Shown here in pieces: positions 17,396 through 26,527 of a stretch of 32,000 nt of DNA. The stretch covers positions 44,148 through 76,147 of the forward strand of contig CATOSW010000001.1 in assembly GCA_951812855.1 (NCBI GenBank). The letters run 5' to 3'. Source of the stretch: an uncultured Lentisphaeria bacterium (GTDB taxonomy: Bacteria > Verrucomicrobiota > Lentisphaeria > JABSQK01 > JAJFLO01). The notes below the pieces were generated by a model, which saw only the letters and a program-made list of their open reading frames with translations, did not search any database and was not told the origin of the DNA. How positions within the stretch are numbered: the first letter of the stretch is position 1; every line of letters starts with the position of its first letter. The position numbers and the translations under genes were made by a program.

Positions 17396-18529
17396 GTGCA
17401 AAAATATTTGCAGATGGTTCTCCTCGCATCGCTTAGCGCGACGCCCTTGCTATCGGCACAAACACAAGAGGGAACGCCGCCAACTGGACCAGAACCAACG
17501 CCTCCGCCGATCGAAGTTTCGGAAGAACCACCCGCTGTGCCTGAGTCGACTGAACCCGAAGTGCCCAGTGTTCCAACACGATCGGCCGAAACACACCCTC
17601 CCAGTGACTCCGGAGTCTCAACTGCTTCAACATCCCATGACGAGACAACGATGGCAGCGGCGGTTCCACCCGCTATCCCCCCGGCGATGGCTCCTGTGGC
17701 ATCAAATCCTTGGATTAAATGGGGGTCCATTGCCTACCGCGTTCTGGATGGAGGGGGACCCCTGATTACTTATGTCCAACTCTTGAACGAGATCAACCGG
17801 CCAGCCGACACGTCCTCCAGACTGCAAGCCGCTCCGTCACTGACAACATTTGAAACAGAGGATCAAAGCAGTGTTTATCATGGGGCGGCAAACCTAGAAC
17901 GGCACCTTTCATCAAGCACCCTGGAAAACCCCAATCACAAGGGGAACTATTCTTATTGGAGAATGACTTGGCAACGTGTCGTCTATGACACTGGTTTGGA
18001 AGAGTATGTCGTCGATCACGAGTCCGGGGGTGAAATTGCCCATAACGCGTATCGGGCGCGAGCCGATTGGGAGGGCATTCTTGATTCGCCGGGCGCGGCC
18101 CAAGCACAGACCGCCTGGCCTTGGGAAGATCCGTGGAAGCGGGGTGGAATTTGGATCATCACGGGCGAATCCAGGCAATTCAACTACCCGGATCTCCGGG
18201 TGGGTTCCGATGTCTGGAACCCGGCCTGGTTCGGGGTCGGTTTGGATGGTGAACTGGTGAGCCGGTCGGACCGACGACCCGGCATGAAAAGGACAATCTC
18301 CAAAAGAATGTCGACTGGGTTCCCGATTCCTCAATCGACTAACGCAGAAGGTCAAAGGCGATATGAAATCCAATGTTCGAGCGGTCTCGGTTTTTGTTGC
18401 TTTGCTGGTGTTACTCGTCTGCGGGTGGTTCCTCCGACCCGGGAGAACACCGGCTACCGAGGTGGATTCATTGCGTCCACCCGTCCGACAAGCCAAGTCG
18501 GCCCCCAATGCCTCTCCCCAACCGCTTGA
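17396..18529 (+). CDS. Secreted protein with signal peptide and Pro-rich linker
   Basis: MQKYLQMVLLASLSATPLLSAQ is a signal peptide, followed by a PT/PE-rich region and then a Trp-rich domain of unknown family. The last roughly 55 codons overlap the next ORF, so the 3' end is uncertain. Confidence 0.6.
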   Translation: MQKYLQMVLLASLSATPLLSAQTQEGTPPTGPEPTPPPIEVSEEPPAVPESTEPEVPSVPTRSAETHPPSDSGVSTASTSHDETTMAAAVPPAIPPAMAPVASNPWIKWGSIAYRVLDGGGPLITYVQLLNEINRPADTSSRLQAAPSLTTFETEDQSSVYHGAANLERHLSSSTLENPNHKGNYSYWRMTWQRVVYDTGLEEYVVDHESGGEIAHNAYRARADWEGILDSPGAAQAQTAWPWEDPWKRGGIWIITGESRQFNYPDLRVGSDVWNPAWFGVGLDGELVSRSDRRPGMKRTISKRMSTGFPIPQSTNAEGQRRYEIQCSSGLGFCCFAGVTRLRVVPPTRENTGYRGGFIASTRPTSQVGPQCLSPTA

Positions 18530-18611
18530 CGCGACACCCGAAGCGGTTCCTCAATTGGCACTGGATGAGGAAGCCCAACGGCTGGCCCACTGGAGGGCTC
18601 ATTTTCCTTAG
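18363..18611 (+). CDS. Signal-anchored small protein; may be the N-terminal part of a TAG-interrupted gene
   Basis: MKSNVRAVSVFVALLVLLVCGWF is a TM anchor. The ORF ends at TAG 18609-18611, in the same frame as the 18633 ORF. Confidence 0.45.
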   Translation: MKSNVRAVSVFVALLVLLVCGWFLRPGRTPATEVDSLRPPVRQAKSAPNASPQPLDATPEAVPQLALDEEAQRLAHWRAHFP

Positions 18612-18632
18612 AAACCAACGACGGATTCAAGA

Positions 18633-19529
18633 GTGCAATACGATCCTTCCAGACCCTATCAGTTTTTGACAACCGGCAAGGTGGTTCCTAGGGACCAGGC
18701 CGATGAGGAGTTTAAAAAAGTAAGGAAAGCATGGGCGAATAGAAGTGAAACAGATCGTCTAGCCGGGAACAACCACGCCTTGTTAAAGGCTTTCTACGAG
18801 GACGACGCGCGGTATAGTTCTCAATTTCAGCAATTCTACGAGGTGCTGAAGAAGTATGACCGATCACATAACCCCGCTTTGGCGGCGAAAGCGTTCCAAG
18901 CGTTCCGGAAATATCATCATTCCGCCTTCGAAACCGATTCTTTTTTTGGAGGCACGCGAAAGCGGGACTACTCCAGTTTGCGGGGGTGGCTTCGAGAGCG
19001 GAATTGGTTTAACCGAACATTTGGAAGCGAAGCGGGAAAAGCCGAAGCGGACCGATTGATTGAAGAACTGGTCGAGACTGTCCAAGGCATGGAAGAACTG
19101 CCCTTGGATGTGATGGCGTATCCAAACTCACTGGGACCAGACAGCGCAGGGTTTGACGCCATTAAGAATGGAGACGAGCCACTGCTTGTCGCCTACGAAG
19201 GGTGGTATGAGGAAAGCACCCGCTTCTATCGCGAGCGGCAGCTTCAAGTCAGTTACGAGGAAGGAGATCCGTCGTTAAAAACGGCAGCGCCTGAGTTGTT
19301 TCCCCCGGTCGGAGTCGTAGACGGGAGACTCGGTGACAAAGATGGAGATCCAATCAGGTGGCACAAGGGACTGGACGCACGCTTGGTCAACGATCAAGGC
19401 GAAGAGATTCCGTTGATCGTTGAGGAAGACAACACGGTCCGTGTCCCCAACCCGGATGAAATCAATGGGATGCGTGAGAGTGGAGAGGTACGACCGTTTT
19501 CTCTGGAACCAGAGCCTCGCAAGGAATAG
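18633..19529 (+). CDS. Hypothetical protein, no signal peptide of its own
   Basis: 298-aa ORF with a GTG start, in frame with 18363-18611. No recognisable motifs. Confidence 0.55.
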   Translation: MQYDPSRPYQFLTTGKVVPRDQADEEFKKVRKAWANRSETDRLAGNNHALLKAFYEDDARYSSQFQQFYEVLKKYDRSHNPALAAKAFQAFRKYHHSAFETDSFFGGTRKRDYSSLRGWLRERNWFNRTFGSEAGKAEADRLIEELVETVQGMEELPLDVMAYPNSLGPDSAGFDAIKNGDEPLLVAYEGWYEESTRFYRERQLQVSYEEGDPSLKTAAPELFPPVGVVDGRLGDKDGDPIRWHKGLDARLVNDQGEEIPLIVEEDNTVRVPNPDEINGMRESGEVRPFSLEPEPRKE

Positions 19530-19817
19530 GAGCGGCATACGCGGCACGCGGCTCCGGACCAGAGGCTGGCGGGCCATGGACGCCTTACAACTTGGCTCAA
19601 TGGGTTTCCAGAGCTTGACTTCGCCATCGGGGTGAATGTCTCATTGCACGTAAGCGACCTCTCCCCGACCCTTGGTCGGTTCAGAACCCCGCTCCGGTCC
19701 ATCGGTGGCCCGCGACTCCCGGGCGGCACGGTTACGAACGCCTGATCCCCTGGCTTTTCTCTGACTGTGGGGTTTGGTTTTGCCGGGATCGAAGCGGTGT
19801 GGCATTCTCTCTTGGGT

Positions 19818-22745
19818 ATGAAAGATGGTCCTCTCTCCCGGTTCCTGAGCACGTTCCTCCTGAAAATGGTTCCCTTGATGTTCCTGCTCGCGACTGCCGA
19901 GCCTCTGGCACAGACGCCACCCTTTTGCGAGGGTAGCGGCATCGGGGTCGCCTTGCTGGCCAGCCCTTCCGTCGCCGAGGTGGGAGACCGGGTCGTCTAC
20001 GACGTCGAGGTGACCAACACCGTGCCCGGGACTTGTGACGCCTCCGATGTCCGAGTCACCATTGAATTGCCCGACGGCCGGGCGCTCGAGAACAAGACCC
20101 TGCGAGAGCTGGCCGCCTATTCGGCCTCCGTCCAATTTCGGGACGGCATTGGCGCCTCCCTCCGAGCCCTCCCCGAGTCGGTTTGGGACACTCATCCTTC
20201 CTTAACCGAAAACCGCCTGGATTTCGGCACCGCGATCCGGTTTTCGGATATTCGCTTCAACCAAGAGTTGGAGCCTCCCTCCAACGAGGAACGCCTGGCC
20301 AATCCACTGGTGGATTTGTATGTCATTCGCTCCGAGGATGTGCTCGAGGGAGAGGAGGACTCAAGGGGCACCGCCAGGGCCTTGGTGAACGCTCGCATCG
20401 AACACAGCGCCTCGGCAAGTCGAGGCGGCGGTCAGCAGCCGGTCTCCTTCACTGTTCGGGAACCCGGTTTGCGGGTGACCCTGGAATGTGTCGACACTCC
20501 GGAGGGACCGGAAACGGTCCGTTACACGGGCCGGGTGGAAAACACGGGAACGACTCCATTGAGCGAGGTGGGCGCCGTGGTCGAAGTCGCGGGACAGACC
20601 TTCCCGGTCCTTGAGGACCTGACCCTCGCCACAGGCCAAGGGGTGGCCTTCACGACGGACGTTCTGGCACGCAACCCGTGCGCCGAGTCCCAGGCCCTTG
20701 TCCGGGCGCGCGCCTCCGGCCCACCGAAGGAACCGGTTCACGTGATCGGTCAGGTGCAACCCGTCAACACACAAACCGTTCTCGAACGGACGGCGAGCGC
20801 CCAATGCCCGGCGCAGGCCCAACCGGGGCTGGAATTGGAAGTCACCTGCGCCGACGGACCCGCGAGGGCGGATCGGATTTTGAGTTACACGGGCACGGTC
20901 ATCAACACAGGGCAGATCGCTTTGACCCAGGTGCGGCTGATCAACCCCACCCTTCCCGGTCAAGTGAGGTTCGACGGGGGAGAGAATTCGGTGGCCCGCT
21001 TGGCGCCGGGGGACTCGGTCGCCTTCACCTACCTCGCCGCCGCCTCCAAAGCCGGGCCCGCCTGTGGCCTCCGAACCACGTTTTCAGCCCAAGGCCTCAG
21101 TCCTTGCACCGAAACGCCGGTGGCGTCGGCACCCAAAACCCTGGAGTGTCCCCTGCCATCCAACGCGGCGGTCTCCTTGAACGGCGCTTGCCCGGACCGT
21201 CCGGTGCCCCCAGGTTCTGTGCTGGTCACTCAAGGGAGCGTGACCAACACCGGCGGCACGGTCTTAACCCACGTGGTGGTCACGAGAACCGACGTGTTGG
21301 TTTCGGGGACCTTCCCGCTCCTACCCTCGGGGCCGCCGCTGCTTCGAAGACCGCTGGATCCCACCGTGGTGGCCCAATTCCCAGTCTTACGCCCCGGTGA
21401 GACCCGTACCTTCACCGCCCGCTTGAAGGTGGAGCCCAATTGTTGCGCGACGCGGCAGACGCTGCGGGTGAAGGCCAAGGACACCTGCGGGGGCGAGATC
21501 CAGGATCACCGGACTCTGCTCTGCCCGGTGGCGACAAACCCAGCGTTACAGTTGACCCGGGAATGCCCAAAGGAACCGATCACTCTCGGGGAGCCGTTGC
21601 CTTATTCGGGAACGGTCAGAAACGCCGGCGATATCACTCTAACTGATGTCGTCGTGTACGACAGTGTCCAAGGGTTGGGGAAAGTGCTGCTGGGTCCGAT
21701 CGCGCTGGCACCAGGAGAAACCCGGACCTTCGAAGCTTCCGACGAGGCGTCCGTGGTCCGCTGTGAGGGAACGCTCCTGGTGGCCCAAGGCCAGAGTCTG
21801 TGCGGCCAACAAAGGGCGCGAACCGAGTTGGCTTTAAACTGTCCGGTGTTGGCGACGCCGCGGATTGAATTGATGACCCTGTGCCCCAAGGACCCTCTGG
21901 TTCCGGGAACCGAGGCGACCTTCTCGGGCTTGGTCCGAAACACGGGAGAGAGCCTGATTCGGGACTTTAAGGCGAGGAGCGAGTTTTTCCTGTTCACCAC
22001 ACTCTTGGGGAGCGTTCAGGTCGCCGACTCCGGTCCGGTGGACTTGCCGCCCGGCGCCGAACACCGGTTTGATTTCACGTTCACGCCCCCGGCCGAAGTC
22101 GGCGAGTGCTGTGAACTAGTGGTCCAACTGGTCGGGCAAGGCAAAGACACCTGTTCTGGGGCCAGTGTCTCGGCCAGCGCCACGGCGGTGTGTCCTCTGG
22201 AGAACCGGGCCGATATCGGGGTCCGTCTCGACTGTCCGAGCGAGCTCGCGCTCGCCGTGGGGGGAGAGATTCGTTACACGGGCGAACTCATCAATTCGGG
22301 AAACCTGACGCTGACCGATGTCCGAGTGCGGGCCAATCGCGAGGATTCGGAACAGGAGGTGGTCGATTCGTTCACGCTCGCACCGGGGGAAGTCGAGCGG
22401 TTTGAGTTTTTCATGGCGGGAACCGACTCTTCGGCTCCGGTCGTGGTGACGGCCACGGGAACGGACAGCTGTGACCAAGCCACAGTCACGACGACCGCCG
22501 AGTGCGAGGCTCGCCGTGAAACCGCGGGGCGCCGCGCATCGGTGTCGGTGGACGCGGGCTGGGTTCGCCTCCGCTGGAGCACCCAACCCGGAGGCGTTTA
22601 CCGCGTGCAGGCTTGCGACCATCTCGGAGACAGTCGTTGGACCGATGTCGGGGAAGTGTTTGTGGCCGACGGGCCACAGTCGGAATGGTCGCAGGCGATG
22701 GATGGGGAGGATTGCCGCTTCTTTCGTCTGGTTCGGGTCCGCTGA
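19818..22745 (+). CDS. Large secreted protein with about 7 DUF11-like repeat domains
   Basis: Signal peptide MKDGPLSRFLSTFLLKMVPLMFLLATAEPLAQ. The motif recurs as RYTGRVENTGTTPLSEV, SYTGTVINTGQIALTQV, TQGSVTNTGGTVLTHV, YSGTVRNAGDITLTDV, FSGLVRNTGESLIRDF and RYTGELINSGNLTLTDV, each bracketed by Cys. The C-terminal domain ends CRFFRLVRVR. Confidence 0.8.
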   Translation: MKDGPLSRFLSTFLLKMVPLMFLLATAEPLAQTPPFCEGSGIGVALLASPSVAEVGDRVVYDVEVTNTVPGTCDASDVRVTIELPDGRALENKTLRELAAYSASVQFRDGIGASLRALPESVWDTHPSLTENRLDFGTAIRFSDIRFNQELEPPSNEERLANPLVDLYVIRSEDVLEGEEDSRGTARALVNARIEHSASASRGGGQQPVSFTVREPGLRVTLECVDTPEGPETVRYTGRVENTGTTPLSEVGAVVEVAGQTFPVLEDLTLATGQGVAFTTDVLARNPCAESQALVRARASGPPKEPVHVIGQVQPVNTQTVLERTASAQCPAQAQPGLELEVTCADGPARADRILSYTGTVINTGQIALTQVRLINPTLPGQVRFDGGENSVARLAPGDSVAFTYLAAASKAGPACGLRTTFSAQGLSPCTETPVASAPKTLECPLPSNAAVSLNGACPDRPVPPGSVLVTQGSVTNTGGTVLTHVVVTRTDVLVSGTFPLLPSGPPLLRRPLDPTVVAQFPVLRPGETRTFTARLKVEPNCCATRQTLRVKAKDTCGGEIQDHRTLLCPVATNPALQLTRECPKEPITLGEPLPYSGTVRNAGDITLTDVVVYDSVQGLGKVLLGPIALAPGETRTFEASDEASVVRCEGTLLVAQGQSLCGQQRARTELALNCPVLATPRIELMTLCPKDPLVPGTEATFSGLVRNTGESLIRDFKARSEFFLFTTLLGSVQVADSGPVDLPPGAEHRFDFTFTPPAEVGECCELVVQLVGQGKDTCSGASVSASATAVCPLENRADIGVRLDCPSELALAVGGEIRYTGELINSGNLTLTDVRVRANREDSEQEVVDSFTLAPGEVERFEFFMAGTDSSAPVVVTATGTDSCDQATVTTTAECEARRETAGRRASVSVDAGWVRLRWSTQPGGVYRVQACDHLGDSRWTDVGEVFVADGPQSEWSQAMDGEDCRFFRLVRVR

Positions 22746-22831
22746 CACGCGTGCCCCGGTTCGGGGAGTTGATACCCTCTGGGTGAAAACGCCGAAGGCC
22801 TCTGGAACGCGCCGAGGCGGGGAGGATGTGT

Positions 22832-22907
22832 TTACCCAAAAGTTTCGTCGACTTACCCAAAAGTTTCGTCGACTTACCCAAAAGTCTCGTCGGCTTACCC
22901 AAAAACC
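22832..22907. repeat. 21-bp tandem repeat, 3.6 copies
   Basis: TTACCCAAAAGTTTCGTCGAC occurs at 22832 and 22853. A variant, TTACCCAAAAGTCTCGTCGGC, occurs at 22874, and a partial copy, TTACCCAAAAACC, at 22895. Confidence 0.9.
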
Positions 22908-23042
22908 AAATTAATTCGCGAAAAAAAATGTGTGCCTAGCAGGGTCGGTGTAAACCCAAGCCGCTAGTCCTTTCCGCCCCATCCCCGCCCAAGTGGAGGG
23001 GATGGGCGCCATGCCTCGAAGCTCGGTCAAGTGGGGCGCATC

Positions 23043-23423
23043 TCAGTTGATTCCAATATTTTCTAGTTTATAGTTTAGGGCCAGTCTGTTGGGGCTGACG
23101 TGTGGGAAAAGAGTATGCCATCGTTTGTTTTTCCATGTGTTGGCCAGGATCAATAGCGACTCATCGCCTTGTTTCGTCCAAAACTGTCCGGTCCGTTTGA
23201 AGCGGCATTGGTATTGGCGGCAACATGATTCAATGGCTCCGGAGCCGATCGGATCAAGGCTTTCTTCAGGCTGCTGATAACGCATCCGGGGCTCATGACT
23301 TTGAAAATAGTCGTGTTCCCGTTCAATGGTCTCTTTGAACGTGCCTTCCCATTGTTCCCGTAAATTTTGGAGATCCTCGATCACTTTGTTCTCTCTGTTT
23401 GATTTAAGTCTGTACAGCGACAA
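23043..23423 (-). mobile_element. Transposase C-terminal fragment (ISKra4-like C-terminal motif)
   Basis: IGSGAIESCCRQYQCRFKRTGQFWTKQGDESLLILANTWKNKRW resembles the conserved C-terminal block of ISKra4-type transposases. The 126-aa ORF is far too short for a full enzyme. Confidence 0.55.
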
Positions 23424-23486
23424 TTAGAATTCCCTACCCCGTTGCGTCATTAGAAATTGTTACCCTAGTAGCTTGCCTCTAATCTG

Positions 23487-23693
23487 TCATCTATCGTCTG
23501 TTTTCGTGTCGCCACTATTTCCGCAGTGTAAGGCGTAGCCGAAGCATCGCTTCGCCCGCATCGAAAGCCGCCAACGCCGCTTGGCCGTAAAGTCATCAAG
23601 GATTTTGCTTTTCTCAGATCTTGTCGAATCTCTATAGCGTTGCTGAACAGCCTCAATAAGTTCCTTGCGGGATTCTTTGCTCACTATCGTCAT
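23487..23693 (-). mobile_element. Transposase N-terminal fragment
   Basis: MTIVSKESRKELIEAVQQRYRDSTRSEKSKILDDF is a typical transposase N-terminal HTH leader. It is on the same strand as, and upstream of, the C-terminal fragment, suggesting one internally deleted gene. Confidence 0.4.
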
Positions 23694-23785
23694 AAACTGC
23701 CTCAGAATTTGGGTAACATTCCAAATGAGGCAACGACTCATTCTCGGCAACCGAAAGTGTGACGCAATGCGGTAGGGAAGAATAA

Positions 23786-24569
23786 TTGTCGTTGACCAAT
23801 TACAAGGCCCCGAATTCAAGCGCCCGTAGCCGAACCCTAAGAAATCAGATCATCGATCTGAGCGAAGACCAGCCGCGCTACGGATACCGTCGAGTCACGG
23901 CCCTGATCCGCCGTTCAGGAGAAGAAGTTACCCCCCAAAAAAGCGGGTTCAAAGGGGGAGGCGACAGGAAGGGCTTCAGGTTCACAAGCGACAACGTGGG
24001 ACCCGAAGACTAGGCACGGGAGCGCAAGAAAGAAGGCGAGCGAGCTCTATTAACGAAGTGTGGAGTTGGGACTTCGTCCACGACATGACCGAGCAAGGGA
24101 TTCGATTCCGCGTATTGAGCTGATTGACGAGTACACTCGCCGATGCCTGGTAATACACGCTGGCTGGTCGATGCGAGCCCAAGACGTAATCGGTATTCTA
24201 GAAGTGGCGATAGCGACGTTCGGATCGCCGACGCATATACGATCCGGCAACGGTCCGGAGTTCATTGCTTATGCGATCCAAGATTGGCTAAGTGAGCAAC
24301 GAATCGGACCGTTGTACATCAAACCCGGACCACCATGGGAGCAAGCCTACATCGAAAGCTTTCATGACAAGTTGAGAGATGAATGCACGAACCGAGAGCT
24401 ATTCGGGAATCTCCATGAGGCGCAAGTCATTCTGGAGGAGTGGCGAAAAGCCTATAATGAATCTCGGCCACACAGTTCGTTGGAGTATCAAACTCCTGAG
24501 GAATTTGCGACGCTTTGCAACCCCCGCCTATGGTCGGACTTCGTCTTCCCTCCGTTGGGGGTTACCTGA
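23786..24569 (+). pseudogene. IS3-family transposase OrfB (rve integrase core), 5'-truncated and frameshifted
   Basis: Pieces lie in different frames: LRNQIIDLSEDQPRYGYRRVTALIRRSGEEV, VWSWDFVHDMTEQGIRFRVLS*, and LIDEYTRRCL ... IRSGNGPEFIA ... YIKPGPPWEQAYIESFHDKLRDEC ... YNESRPHSSLEYQTPEEF. No orfA is present. Confidence 0.8.
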
Positions 24570-24694
24570 TCCCTGACCAAAAACAATCATGCCACGCTCC
24601 CAAATGGGGATAGAGAAAGATGTTGTTAATGATGAAAAACAAGACCAGATAGCAACAAGTTCTCATCACACATACAATAGCATTGGCTACTCGA

Positions 24695-25420
24695 TTAGTC
24701 TGTTTTGTCTGCTTGTTCATCGCTTTGGACAGTGTCTTCATTCTGAGTCAGTGAGAATTTCCCTGCCTTAATGGAGTCAGTCATCATTTGAGTCACAATG
24801 ATATCCTGCATAGCGGCATACATTTCATTTAAATCCCCATCCTCTTGCAGTTCTTTCTTAAAAACTTCTAGATCCTCTGGAGTTTTGATACCCTTCATTT
24901 TTGTCCCTTGGAATATCGCATCAACTGCTGAATCGGTTAACTTGTTAAGATGAAGACGCTTCTCTTCGGATAGAGAAGCAAGGTAGTCCGCCTTCCTTGA
25001 CTGAAATGCCAGAGAAAGGGCTTCTGTTAGGTCGCTCTTAGCAGGAGTGATTGGGGGATCTGGATTTTTTGACGTTATCCTTAAACCTGAATCATTGGCC
25101 TCGACTTGGATTGATGAGGGAGTGGGTCCATTTTTTTCTCTCGCATAAGGGATATTTGATGCTGCCTTCGCAAGTATCACCTTTTGAGTCTCTTCGAGAC
25201 CATTCGTTAGATCTCGCAATGCGGTCTCGGCCCCTATCATCTGCTCATTGAAGTCGGCAAAGAGCCGCATAGTCACATTCAATTTCTCATCCAACGCTCT
25301 TAAGTGTCGCGATGTTCGAGATGAAAAGTGGGTTGTGAAAAAGACGGACAGGAGAGCAACTAACAGCACTCCCCAAAATTTTGCTGAATCTTTCATTCTT
25401 CTGGTCTGGTTATTGTTCAT
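24695..25420 (-). CDS. Hypothetical N-terminally membrane-anchored protein in the AT-richer islet
   Basis: 241 aa. The TM helix FWGVLLVALLSVFFTTHF is followed by helical or coiled-coil-looking sequence. No recognised family. Confidence 0.6.
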   Translation of the reverse strand: MNNNQTRRMKDSAKFWGVLLVALLSVFFTTHFSSRTSRHLRALDEKLNVTMRLFADFNEQMIGAETALRDLTNGLEETQKVILAKAASNIPYAREKNGPTPSSIQVEANDSGLRITSKNPDPPITPAKSDLTEALSLAFQSRKADYLASLSEEKRLHLNKLTDSAVDAIFQGTKMKGIKTPEDLEVFKKELQEDGDLNEMYAAMQDIIVTQMMTDSIKAGKFSLTQNEDTVQSDEQADKTD

Positions 25421-26036
25421 CCGCCCAATATCGTTCCCATGATTCTATATGTGAACTGAGATTTTCGCATCCTGAGTAAGCTTCAATAAACAGATCAATA
25501 TCGTCATCGCAGTAAAGCATGGCTTCAAGAACCCGTTCCTGCAATGTTGTTCGACATACCCGCTCTGCAGCTTTTCGAGTATCTAGAGCTTCCTTCACAC
25601 ACTTCTCATGATCCTCTTCAGAGCGAAATTCGGCATCATGACGACAATCCGCCCTGGCACTCACCCAAGAAGACCAAGCGCTGGCCATGCAAACAATAGC
25701 AACCGCCCCAGCAGAACCGACCGCTGCTGAATAAACGGACTTAGCAGTGTTGACTGAACCGACTAAATCAACCTTAGGTCCCCCATCGTGATAATTGTAG
25801 GTAGGTCGGCCGGGAACATCCGACAGAATAGGGTGCACTGGTAATGGATCCGGCAATAGCTCCACCTTATAAGGGAGGTTAATAGCACTAACAGAAGTAG
25901 ATCCTCCGCTCGCATACGTTATCGAGACAGTGTCGCAAGCAGGCCTCATTTGAATCGCCCGTTGAGCATTAGCGACCAAACATACGCAGAGTCCCATAAT
26001 CAGATGGAGGATTGGCATTGGTTTAACATTCTTCAT
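25410..26036 (-). CDS. Hypothetical secreted or membrane protein, Cys-rich C-terminal domain
   Basis: ATG at 26036 gives the signal peptide MKNVKPMPILHLIMGLCVCLVANA. There is an internal hydrophobic segment, AAVGSAGAVAIVCMASAWSSWV. It overlaps the downstream gene by 11 bp, indicating an operon. Confidence 0.6.
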   Translation of the reverse strand: MKNVKPMPILHLIMGLCVCLVANAQRAIQMRPACDTVSITYASGGSTSVSAINLPYKVELLPDPLPVHPILSDVPGRPTYNYHDGGPKVDLVGSVNTAKSVYSAAVGSAGAVAIVCMASAWSSWVSARADCRHDAEFRSEEDHEKCVKEALDTRKAAERVCRTTLQERVLEAMLYCDDDIDLFIEAYSGCENLSSHIESWERYWADEQ

Positions 26037-26232
26037 ATCAGTGTTTCTTTCTTCTCTCGAGGCTTGTTTTGATCTACTCAAGCCCATGCTCGATTGTTTT
26101 CATATCTGTCAATGATTTCCGATTACGATTCATGCGAGCGGCGCGATACCACCCCCTCCCAAAACGCTCCCTGTAAATGGCGGCGAACATAGGAGTTATC
26201 AATGAAAACACAATTCCAAAACAAACCGATTG

Positions 26233-26273
26233 TTAATGACACCTTTATTCAACTAAATAAATGGTGTCATTAA
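26233..26273. promoter_or_regulatory. Palindromic operator-like site upstream of the RHH gene
   Basis: TTAATGACACC (26233-26243) and GGTGTCATTAA (26263-26273) form a perfect 11-bp inverted repeat, extended inward by TTTATT/AATAAA. It ends 12 bp before the ATG at 26285. Confidence 0.55.
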
Positions 26274-26284
26274 TACTAATTGCA

Positions 26285-26527
26285 ATGGCGATAAAACGAA
26301 AGAAAAAATGGATCGGTGGCCGCCGCCCGGGGGCGGGAAGAAAGTTCAAGGGACACGTCCGGGTGCAGCTGCACATGCCCCGGGAGGGGCTGGCGGCCCT
26401 GGACGCCCTGCGGGGAGACACTCCGCGCGGCCAGTGGATCTCGGAGCTCGTGCTGGAGGAATTACTTAGGCGACGGCAGGCGGCGAAGGAAGCCAGGGCC
26501 GCCCGGAAAACCGCGAAACCGAAATGA
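26285..26527 (+). CDS. Ribbon-helix-helix-like small basic DNA-binding protein
   Basis: MAIKRKKKWIGGRRPGAGRKFKGHVRVQLHMPREGLAALDALRGDTPRGQWISELVLEELLRRR has a basic arm followed by a strand, helix, helix pattern. It is divergent from the two orphan genes. Confidence 0.6.
   Translation: MAIKRKKKWIGGRRPGAGRKFKGHVRVQLHMPREGLAALDALRGDTPRGQWISELVLEELLRRRQAAKEARAARKTAKPK

Noticed and set aside
21859-21869. 11-nt identity (CGCGGATTGAA) to the CRISPR repeat inside the DUF11-repeat gene
   Set aside because: The flanks do not match the repeat and there is no adjacent second copy. A match of this length is plausible by chance in 32 kb given the many possible 11-mers in the repeat.
22471-22914. ORFs spanning the 21-bp tandem repeat (translations containing KFRRLTQ repeated on the plus strand and LLGKSTK repeated on the minus strand)
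   Set aside because: The repetitive peptide derives from the tandem DNA repeat, whose 21-bp period keeps the frame open. There is no independent coding evidence.
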